A stretch of DNA of 62,362 bases, filler included, from Stramenopiles sp. TOSAG23-6 (lineage: Eukaryota): NCBI GenBank assembly GCA_900128565.1. It is 12 parts of 12 records of this genome, joined end to end, with 100 filler letters (N's around TTAATTAATTAA, not from the genome) between each part and the next. Parts side by side here need not be neighbours in the genome. Positions count along the whole stretch, not along the records: positions 46,949 to 52,040 come from LT636979.1; positions 52,141 to 57,206 come from LT636980.1; positions 57,307 to 62,362 come from LT636981.1; 9 more parts are not named here. One strand, written 5' to 3'. The stretch's first letter is position 1. Each line of letters opens with the position of its first letter. Position numbers and translations under genes: made by a program. The notes beneath the pieces were generated by a model that saw only the letters and a program-made list of their open reading frames with translations, had not been told where the DNA came from and ran no database searches. Positions 49,177-58,893 of the stretch are shown piece by piece.

Positions 49177-49401
49177 CTTTTTTGGAATATCTACTTTATT
49201 ACTTGAATCATTTTATTTCAATTGAAGTATCCATGAAATCATACTGACCTAAATCTATATACTACACGTAGATTTATTCACTACTATAGTAATTAGCTAT
49301 CGTAGTAGGACGTAGTACTTTGAAAATGAAACTGTAATTTTTTTTAGTATTCGTATTAAATTTAACTGCCCCGGACGAAGACTTGATGATTATTTCGTGT
49401 G

Positions 49402-50184
49402 CACAGCGGGGCACAGACCCTGTTTTTTATGCCAAATTCAGAATTTTCACTTTTTTGGTACGAATTTTCGTAGTTAATTTTTTTGGTACGAAATTTCGTA
49501 GTTAATTTTTTTTTTTTATGGAAAAGTGCTCCTTCCTCAAAAAATGACAATGTCTAATTAAACAATGTTAGGCGTAGAGTTTCTTCATGTAACTTTGTAG
49601 ATGTTCTGGGGTTAGCATTTGCAGCATACGATTTCAATCTCTACAAAAAACTCTGCCTACTTTAGAAATTAGAGCATTTTTACGATTTTTCACTTTTGGC
49701 ATAAATAGCTTGTCTTTCGACGTTGAACACCCCCCTCCCCCTTTTTTTGGTATATAGTAGCATATTCAAAGTAAATGAAGAAAAATGAAAGAATCATCAT
49801 AACCCATAATTGTTCATTACTATATTTTGATTAATTTTATTGATTATGAAATATTATTTTTTTTTAGAAAAATATACTCATCATTACCAGTTATTCTACG
49901 ATCTGCATCATATAACAATGCAACTGGTTCTCGTTCACCAGCCACTGGTTCTTCAGCCTTAAACATGTCAATTTGGTCCATTTTTTAGATTTGTGAAATG
50001 AAGAAAGTATACAAGTGAGGAATAAAAAAGTAAAAGGATTTAACTGTGTACAGGTAGCAGATGGTGAAAAAGTCAGTTCATTACTTCAAGGTACCGGGTA
50101 TCAAGCGTCTGATTATTCGCCGCAATAAATATGATTGTAACACCCCACTGGGGGGTGTGAAAACAGGGTCTGTGCCCCGCTGTG
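49402..50184. mobile_element. Non-autonomous DNA transposon (783 bp), perfect 25-bp TIRs, 3-bp TSD GTG
   Basis: CACAGCGGGGCACAGACCCTGTTTT at 49402-49426 and its exact reverse complement at 50160-50184; GTG at 49399-49401 and 50185-50187; no transposase ORF. Confidence 0.9.
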
Positions 50185-50321
50185 GTGGCCGGTGATTTTT
50201 ACTGATTTTTACTAAAAAATCACCAACTGACTCCAACTGACTTTGGCTTGAATTTGATTTAGATTGAGACGTATATGTTATTATTTGCTACTGTATTAAT
50301 AGTAAGACAACATATACAAAA

Positions 50322-51424
50322 ATGAATAATGTGTTTCAGTACAATATTGGTTCTGTGGCTCTTAAAGGGCGGCGTCCATATATGGAGGATGCAACTCTTT
50401 CAGTGAGCAGTACATGGTTGTGGAATGGATGTCAACTTCATTTATTTGGAGTACTAGATGGTCATAAAGGTACACGCGCTGTAGAGTATGTCTGCGAACA
50501 TTTCCCAACTACACTCTTCGAAACAATCAAGTTTGCTGTGAACAAGAATACTACTGATGGCACAATCTCTAGTGAAGAATCTATCATCAGAACAGCATTT
50601 ACACAAACTTCACATGAAATAGACCGAAATTTTAACATCATGGCAAAGAAATGCAACTGGAAAGATGGCGCTGTCGCTGTATTTAGTCTTTTTATTGGAT
50701 CAACGGTCTATATAGCAAACATAGGTGATTGTCGAGCTATACTGTGCCAATCAAGTAGTGATGGTCGCGATGGCGAAAATCATTCAGTCTTACCATTTTT
50801 AAAATTAGCTTGGTGTAGTACTGATCAAGTGCGTTTCCATCTTTTTCTTTTTTTTTTTTTTTTTAAATCTAAATATTTTTTTCATACGAAAATTTGTACC
50901 TAACGATTAAAAAAAATTTCACGATTTCATACTATAGACGCCAAGTTCTTCGAGTGAAGTGACACGTATCAAAAAAGCAGGCGGAATAATTAAATTCTCA
51001 AAAAAAACACGTGAAGCACGAATAAGAGGTTGTTCTTTTTCTCGATCATTTGGCGACTTTCATTTAAAGGACAATAATGTATGTTTTATTTTTTTTTTTT
51101 TACGGTAAAAAAAAAATCGAATTTATTTTTTTTTTTTGGTGAAAAAATTTTGTACCTAACAAATTTTTTTTTTTGAAAAATTTTGAAATATTTTTCTAAA
51201 ATACATGAAATAATATCAAAACCTGAAGTTACGAAAATTTGCTTACAAAACGTACAAAAATTTGTACCTAACCAAAAAAAAGAAAAAAATGATAAAAATG
51301 ATAAAAATGATAAAAATGATGATAGATGTTATTACTTTTTATTACTGGTATCAGACGGTGTTACATCAGTGTTATCAAATCAGCAATGTATCAATAATAT
51401 TCGAAAAAGTATTTTATCACTCGG
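50322..51424 (+). CDS. Protein phosphatase 2C (PPM family); introns 50829-50937 (GT-AG) and 51079-51206 (GT-AT); 3' end lost
   Basis: GRRPYMED, FGVLDGHKG, ANIGDCRAIL, STDQ-TP..EVTRIKKAGG, SRSFGDFHLK, LLLVSDGV. Confidence 0.92.
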
Positions 51425-51479
51425 TACATTTTTTTTTATTTTTTTTTTAAATATTTTTCGTAGGTAATTTTGTACCTAA

Positions 51480-51517
<38 letters not shown>

Positions 51518-51629
51518 TTTTTTAAAAAAAATTTTTTACCTAAAAAAAATTTAAAATTTTTTAAATTTTTTTTAAAAAAAATTTAAAAAATTTTAAATTT
51601 TTTTTAGGTAAAAAATTTTTTTTAAAAAA

Positions 51630-51667
<38 letters not shown>

Positions 51668-52040
51668 TTAGGTACAAAATTACCTACGAAAAATATTTAA
51701 AAAAAAAATAAAAAAAAATGTACCGAGTGATAAAATACTTTTTCGAATATTATTGATACATTGCTGATTTGATAACACTGATGTAACACCGTCTGATACC
51801 AGTAATAAAAAGTAATAACATCTATCATCATTTTTATCATTTTTATCATTTTTATCATTTTTTTCTTTTTTTTGGTTAGGTACAAATTTTTGTACGTTTT
51901 GTAAGCAAATTTTCGTAACTTCAGGTTTTGATATTATTTCATGTATTTTAGAAAAATATTTCAAAATTTTTCAAAAAAAAAAATTTGTTAGGTACAAAAT
52001 TTTTTCACCAAAAAAAAAAAATAAATTCGATTTTTTTTTT
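51107..52040. repeat. Near-perfect foldback palindrome centred at 51573/51574, running to the contig end
   Basis: ORFs 51183-51467(+) and 51680-51964(-) are identical mirror images. Confidence 0.95.
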
Positions 52041-52196
52041 NNNNNNNNNNNNNNNNNNNNNNNNNNNNNNNNNNNNNNNNNNNNTTAATTAATTAANNNN
52101 NNNNNNNNNNNNNNNNNNNNNNNNNNNNNNNNNNNNNNNNATTTTGTACCTAACAAATTTAAGTTTTTTTTTTTGAAATATTTTTCCAAAATACAT

Positions 52197-52559
52197 ATAC
52201 TTGGACTAGAGTTAGAGAAAAGCCCCGATGAAAATGTGAAACAAAAGGGTGGAGTGAGGGAAGACATAACAAGTCAAGGCAATGTAGATACCAAAGAAAG
52301 CGTAGAACTTCCTTTACCAAGTGAAAAAATGGGCCAATTAGACCAGTTGTTTGAAGATGTGCGTTTTTCGAAAAGAAATATCCGAGTTCAAACAAGTAAA
52401 AGACGGGGGGAAAAGATTAATGGGGAAGTTTCACCCGAAGGCAGTGATGATAATCCGACCCCCCGGGGCGAGGCAAAATTTGCTTCAGAAGAGATCGTTC
52501 GAAGGGAAGAAACAGATGACTGTTCGTCCAGAGATGGAAATAATATCAATTCAGAATAA
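52197..52559 (+). CDS. Last exon of a hypothetical protein
   Basis: Open frame after the intron-family end AATAC-AT at 52196. Confidence 0.5.
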   Translation: MLGLELEKSPDENVKQKGGVREDITSQGNVDTKESVELPLPSEKMGQLDQLFEDVRFSKRNIRVQTSKRRGEKINGEVSPEGSDDNPTPRGEAKFASEEIVRREETDDCSSRDGNNINSE

Positions 52560-52736
52560 GAATTGCTCAACCCCAAGTCAATCAAGTTTACCAAGTAGTG
52601 AACTGAATCATTGAAATAATCAATAAAAAGCGAATAATCAAGCGAAAATGACGTTTTGATATTGTATATTTTTAAAAGTTTTCAAGCTCTTCTAAGAGCC
52701 AAGTGAAAAATTAACACTAGGACGATTTTGCCTCGT

Positions 52737-52988
52737 TTAATACAAAGAACGAGGAGGTACCACAACTGCTGGTCGCGGAGGTCTATGTAACTGACGATGT
52801 TTCTCATCCAAAGCTTCCTTATTGTCAATTTCAAACTGTTCATATTTAACTCCACCATATACGCCCGCTCCGACCCACATAACGTGTAACCAAGGTTGGT
52901 ACATCATGGGCATATTTCGCACCCCGTTAGCGTAAAGTTGTAACATCAAACCCGACAGTCCACCCATTGCACCATATAATAATCCCAT
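52737..52988 (-). CDS. NDUFC2: Complex I accessory subunit B14.5b/NDUFC2-like
   Basis: GL..QLYANGVRNMPMMYQPWLHV resembles the plant/fungal-type B14.5b motif (QMYSNALRKLPYMRHPWEHV); 83 aa, two TM segments. Confidence 0.75.
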   Translation of the reverse strand: MGLLYGAMGGLSGLMLQLYANGVRNMPMMYQPWLHVMWVGAGVYGGVKYEQFEIDNKEALDEKHRQLHRPPRPAVVVPPRSLY

Positions 52989-53359
52989 TTATATATGAAT
53001 TCTCCTGAAGTGAAAAGAAACTAAAAAATAGTGCTATTGTAAATCTCAAGATATACCTCGACGCACAATGAGTCAATTCTAACTATGTACGAGTACGAGT
53101 CCAAGCTCAGAGGAAGTCTTCTTTTGGCCGAGCTCGAGGACTTGCTTGCTTGGCCAATAAAAACAAGGGATAAAAATCGCCAATCGCAATGATGGAACCG
53201 TTTTTATACGATACCGGGTAACCTTATATAATCGAAGGTTTTAGTACCAAGTTTGATAATTTATTGAATAAAAACAAACATGACTACACCAAATACACTC
53301 ACTTAAACTCACTTAAACTCAATTTGAACCAAGATGGACATCGGAACATTATCGCTGTT

Positions 53360-54280
53360 TTACCAGTCACATCCTGGGCAAAATTGATTTCGCAAGGTAG
53401 AATCTTTAACAAAGTCGATAACGCTTAGTCTCTTCTTGTTTTGCGTTTTAAAAAACTGCCTCAATTGCAAAGCATTTTTCTTAAGCTTTTTATCTGTACC
53501 CAACCCGGATTTGCCCAATGCTTGAGCTTCTTGATTTTGAGCCGTGGCAATCAACACAATTACCTTGTTCCTACGCAACTCATCTGAGGCAAATTGAAGC
53601 GCAGATCCATTTTGATGCACCGCTTTGAGCACAACTTCTCGATTAGCTTGAATTTCTTCGGATCCATAGAATAACGCAGTGCCTTCGTGTGAAACAGCAG
53701 CACCCATTATCATCGGGTTATTTCTTAAACTTGAGGCGGCATAAGCAACAGCAAGTCCATTTTTTTTCACTGCAGCCAGCACAACTTCTGGATCTTCTGT
53801 CAATAGTGAAAACAGTAGTGCCTCTCCATCTTGATTAACTGCCAGGGTAACAACTTCATTGTCTTTCCGCATTTCCTTTGAAGCAAATTCAAGTGACATA
53901 CCATTTTGTTTTACCGCAGCCAATACAACACCTTTGTCACCCTGGAATTGTTTAGCAAATTCGAGCGTTAACCCATTCTTTGAAACAGCAGTCATTGCGA
54001 TATGTCGTTTACTCTGCATCGCAGGGGAAGCAAACTCCAAAGCTTCTGGGGAGTTGGAAACTGCAATACGAACAAATTCAGGATCATCTCTATACTCAGC
54101 CGGGGCCGAGCTTAGATTTTTCCCTGAACGTGAAACAAACGATAACCAGTTTGATCTCAAACTTCCTAGTTTCGGTTTTTTTTTCGGAATGGGCAGTTGG
54201 TCGATTTTCAGATCAGCTAATGCTGCATTTGTACACAATGCCAAATGAAGTAAAGCTATTTGTCGAATTATTGTGATCAT
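53360..54280 (-). CDS. DUF4116-repeat protein with signal-like N-terminus
   Basis: Multiple VVLAAVKQNG.SLEFAS.E.R.D repeats. Confidence 0.85.
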   Translation of the reverse strand: MITIIRQIALLHLALCTNAALADLKIDQLPIPKKKPKLGSLRSNWLSFVSRSGKNLSSAPAEYRDDPEFVRIAVSNSPEALEFASPAMQSKRHIAMTAVSKNGLTLEFAKQFQGDKGVVLAAVKQNGMSLEFASKEMRKDNEVVTLAVNQDGEALLFSLLTEDPEVVLAAVKKNGLAVAYAASSLRNNPMIMGAAVSHEGTALFYGSEEIQANREVVLKAVHQNGSALQFASDELRRNKVIVLIATAQNQEAQALGKSGLGTDKKLKKNALQLRQFFKTQNKKRLSVIDFVKDSTLRNQFCPGCDW

Positions 54281-54591
54281 TCCAGTAAATTCTTCAAATA
54301 TAGCAAAGAGACAATTTCAAATTGAATTTGAATACTACCCTAGCTAGTAGAGTAAAAACACTACTACTATACTAGTATTCAAAATGACATCAAAAAAGAT
54401 AAACACTGTTTCCCGCGCGGTCAAAAATTTGCCATCAAGTTTGCCACCTTTCAAATTTAAATTTGAAAAAAAAAACGTTTCATCATCATCAGTTATTCTT
54501 TCGTATAGGTATAGGTAGTACTATATAGGTAGTATTAAATTTTTTAAATCTTGTGACAAGGGTACTACTAATATACTTTTCACCTGGACCA

Positions 54592-56392
54592 ATGTTGTCC
54601 AGGGCCAATGAGAGTACCACATCTGATTCATCCTCTGAGTTGCCAATTGCTTCAATAGAGACGTTGGTGCAACAATTATCTGAAAAAGCAACAATTGAAC
54701 AGGAGCTCTATACTACAATAGACAAGTTGAAGAATGTAAAGATGGTTGGCGTCGATTCGTGGTCAAGTAAGCTCAGTGAAGTAAAAGTCATGGCGCAGAG
54801 ATTAAATTTCATGCGCACATCACTCCAAGAAAAGGATTTAGTTATAGAAGAACATCGGCAGAATTATTTAACGTTAGAAAGACAAAATGCACTGCTGAAG
54901 CAGAAGGCTTTTGTGTCACATGATGACGAATTGAATATCAAAAGTTCTTTAGAGTCACGGGTAGTTGAACTAGAAACAAAACTATCGAAAAAAATGGAAG
55001 AATGCAACGAATTCGAACAACTATTTATGAAAATACAGTTTGAACTTGAGGCTGCTCAGCGGACTATGGAGAGTTTAAATCAACAAATCACTGATCAAAA
55101 AGTTCAAATTTCAAATATGGAGCGCGAAAAACTTAGCTCTCAAGAACTCACAGAGTCAACTCGTCACACCTTATTAGAAAAAGTGCAGTGTTTGGAATCT
55201 GAAGTAAGAAAATTAAAGGACGAAAATGCAACCATTTTAAGGCGAACAGAGGATATAAAAACTGAATTAGAAATTGAAACTGAATCCAAGGATAGGTACG
55301 TTTTCGTCATGAATTTCAAATTTTGTTTTTCATACGAAATTTTGTACCTAAGATTTTTTATTTTTTATTTTTTCACAATACAGGTTACGACGTAGAAATA
55401 TTTCATTGACTACAGAAATGGAAAACTATGAAAAAGAGACCCTGGAACTTCGGAATGAGGTTGGTAATTTAGAACTTCGTCTATCTCAAGTAACACGACT
55501 GAAATCAATAGCTGAAGAAGAAACCCGGGAGGTTGAAGTTGAAGCTATGCAATGGAGGGATGAGGCTCGATCAGCGACTGATGCAGCATACGGAATAGAG
55601 CTAAAGCAAGCTCGTGATAATGATTCTCTTCGTAAAAAGGTTGATGGAGCTGAAGAGGCTAGACAAAAATTAGAAAAGCAAGTGAGTGAAATGCAAGCTC
55701 AGATAGATTCTTCAATGCCACGCGTTGAAAAAGCTGAGTCAGCAGCGAGAGAAGCACAGGCTAGTGCGGATGCTGAGGTCATTAGACTTCAAAGTGATAT
55801 GAAAAAACTTATGCTTCAGCTGGAAGATCAAACGGGAAAAATAGGTAATATTCAAACTCAGTCACAATGGAGAATGGATAGTTCAACTGTATCAAAAGGT
55901 AAAGGAAATAAAGATGGAGCAAAATTCAATTCTTTATCAAAACATGCAGCAAGTATTCGCGAGGAAATGAAGAATTTCCAAAATAATAGAAATGTGGATA
56001 GTAAAAATGATAGTTTTCCTTCAACAGTTCAATCAGAATATTTCGGTCCTTTGCTGGTGAAGGATGATAAAATAGAAGGTACAATTAATCCTTTACCAAT
56101 ATTAACCCCAGTGCCAATAAAAAAGGGTGATAAGCCATTATATGTACCAAATTTACCTGTAAATGACGATGAAGTGTCCAAAGCAATGGCTTTAGATATT
56201 AACGTTGCAATGGAAGATGCTCTTAAGGAAGCGAAAGAAATTGAGCGTCGACTACGACGCAAAACTAAAGGGAGTAAAACGAACAGCAAAACAAAGAATA
56301 AAACAAATAGTCGACAAAGTACTTCAAAAGGACTTCGGAGAAATCGTCAACATCGAAGTAAGCCTTCTTCGCCATATCTAAACAATAAATAA
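54592..56392 (+). CDS. Coiled-coil protein; intron 55296-55383 (GT-AG, exon also ends AG)
   Basis: Two ORFs join as SKD-R-LRRRN; heptad-rich. Confidence 0.75.
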
Positions 56393-56440
56393 ATGTGAAA
56401 TAAAAGTATTTTTAAAAGTATTTTTCAGTCGTTTTAAGTC

Positions 56441-57154
56441 TTATACATTTATAGAATTTCTAAATGATTTACCAATTCCAAGTAAACTTTTAGCATATCG
56501 TACCAATTCATCAGTAATACTCTCATCTTCCGAATCGTTCCTTGCAGCATCTAGAAGATTTTTCATATGAACATTAATTTCATTGTCTTTTCTTCTCCTG
56601 TTTGATAATTTTGATAATTTTGATAATTTTTGAAAGCTTTGCGTTGAAGAATTTTCTACAATATTCGCGATGACTTGTTTTGAATCTATCATTAATGTAT
56701 TTTGGAAAAATATTTCAAAAAAAAATCGTTAAGTACAACATTTCCTACGAAAACAATAAATTCGAAATTAAAAAAAATAAAACTTACATTGTTTCGAAGA
56801 TGGATTTAAGATTTGAAATGTCGAAGAATTATGTTTGACATCATCCCGGTGCATTCGTTCTACTAATGCATACACATCATTGCCTCGCCGATACACCATA
56901 AGAAGTGTTAATATTCTATTATATATTTCAATATTTGGTGTTATTCCACTTTTTTCAATTTCATGCAATAAACGCAAAGCCTCGTTAGGATCCGTGCATT
57001 TTTGTAAAACTACATTGCAATGTATAGTATTAGCAACACCATTAAGCATCAAAATACTAAGAAAGTCTCGACGTTGTTGATATCGTTTCATTTTTTCGAG
57101 TTTTGATCGTCGAAGTCTTGATAAATCTTCTGAAGAATTCTTGATAGTGAGAGC
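56441..57154 (-). CDS. Pentatricopeptide-repeat (PPR) protein, C-terminal exons; GT-AT intron 56695-56787
   Basis: ALRLLHEIEKSGITPNIEIYNRIL and VYALVERMHRDDVKHNSSTFQIL. Confidence 0.75.
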
Positions 57155-57352
57155 ATGTATTTTGGAAAAATATTTCAAAAAAAAATCGTTAGGTACAAAA
57201 TTTCGTNNNNNNNNNNNNNNNNNNNNNNNNNNNNNNNNNNNNNNNNNNNNTTAATTAATTAANNNNNNNNNNNNNNNNNNNNNNNNNNNNNNNNNNNNNN
57301 NNNNNNGAAAAAAAAATCGATTTTTTTGTAAAAAAAAAAATAAAACATACTT

Positions 57353-58782
57353 CCTGCTGCAACTACGCCTTCGGACACCAACCTCAACAAAAGTAATTCA
57401 ATGTAAACAATCTTCTACGTACCTTGAATTGTTGGAAATTGTGCATAAAGAGCTCTGTTACGCAAGTGCTGATACAGGATCATTGTTATTACTAGCGGGG
57501 TTTCCACCTCGACCAATAGAAAAGCTTCTTTCAAATGTTTCTGCATCTATTTCAGATGCTTTGCGTAACAACGAGGTGATTACAGTGAAGCTTCCTGCAT
57601 CAGATGCGAAGCTTTCGCAAGCACAAAAATCTGGTTCTCAGACAACATTCAGATATAACACACGGCAAAAGAGTGCTGGAAAAAAAGCAACTCCTGCCAA
57701 AGTAACTCAGACCAATAGTACTAAACCTTCTGCACGTGAAGTATCAAGTTATTCCAAAGGTATTCAAACAATGGCATCTCTCAAGAGTAATAGTAATAAT
57801 AATAATAAAGACTCTGATTTTATAAAAAAATCGTCTCGGAGAATTTCACACACAACAAAGAATAATTCTAGTGGCAAGGTTACAACAAAGAAACCTACTA
57901 GGGAAAAGTCGTCAAGTCTAGGAAAACGTGGACGTAATTCGAAAACATTTTCTTTAGCACCTAAAAAAATGAAAGGACCAAATGACGGAATGCAGCAATC
58001 AGATCATACTGTTCATTTACTCCGTAAACTTGCCCAAAGTAGTATGGTGACTCATAAGGAAATTGTACTTGGAAATGCAAGGTTTGCCGCCGCACTTGGA
58101 GGTCACTGGGATGTGTCACCGTACAATGAAGGTGGCCAGACATTGATGCAACAAAGTGCAATGCCTAAATTAATCGTTAGATATCGAAAAGAACAACGAA
58201 AAAGCAGCTTATGGGAACATGACATTGTGGAAAGTTTAAGTAGAGAAGAATTAAGAATGACCATCAGTTATCTCCTACATGGATTAACTACGCAACAAAG
58301 AGAAAATCTTAGACTTTTTAATATGGCTCAAGCATCACCACATATGTTTTCATCATTTTCAAATTTAATTTTGTTTTTGTAGTGAATTTTGTACCTAACA
58401 AATTTAAGTTTTTTTTTTTTGAAATATTTTTTTACTTCAAACGTGTATTTTGGGCGATTGTGATACTAGAAAAAAACGAAAAACGTCCAAGTAGCGAATT
58501 AGAGACGGCTTTACCTAGGCTTTTACCTCAAGAAGATTGGTCATTTCTAACTACAAGGATTCGAAAGTTATCAAAAAAAGCATTAGCTAATTTAAAAAAA
58601 AATACACACACTTCTAAAAATGAGGATAAAAAAGGCATTGTTGCAAGTGATGGTCGATGGGTATCACATAATGAAATGTTGAAATTTGGCCGATTTGTCG
58701 TTTCGGAGATGATGAATAATAAAAAGTATAATGAAAATTTAATGGACAAAAAGAAAGCTTTTATTTGGAAAGAAACTGGAAT
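57353..58782 (+). CDS. Hypothetical protein with N-terminal ubiquitin-like/UBX (OTU1-type) domain; probable AT-AC intron 58342-58442
   Basis: The frame extends upstream as LQLRLRTPTSTKVIQC..LLLLAGFPPRPI; the join ASP-R-VFWAI is in frame. Confidence 0.6.
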
Positions 58783-58893
58783 GTATATGTATTTTTTATT
58801 TTTTTTTTTTACAAAAAAATCGATTTTTTTTTCGTACGAAATTTCGTACCTAAGATTTTTTTTTTTTTTTTTTAATATTGTACCAAAATACAT

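Noticed and set aside
51107-52040. ~930-bp palindrome duplicating a PP2C exon
   Set aside because: It folds back in a poly-T/A tract, runs to the contig end and truncates the gene, which is typical of amplification or assembly foldback artefacts.
5139-57306. Regularly spaced TTAATTAATTAA motif flanked by Ns
   Set aside because: Artificial six-frame-stop linker; adjacency of genes across it has no biological meaning.
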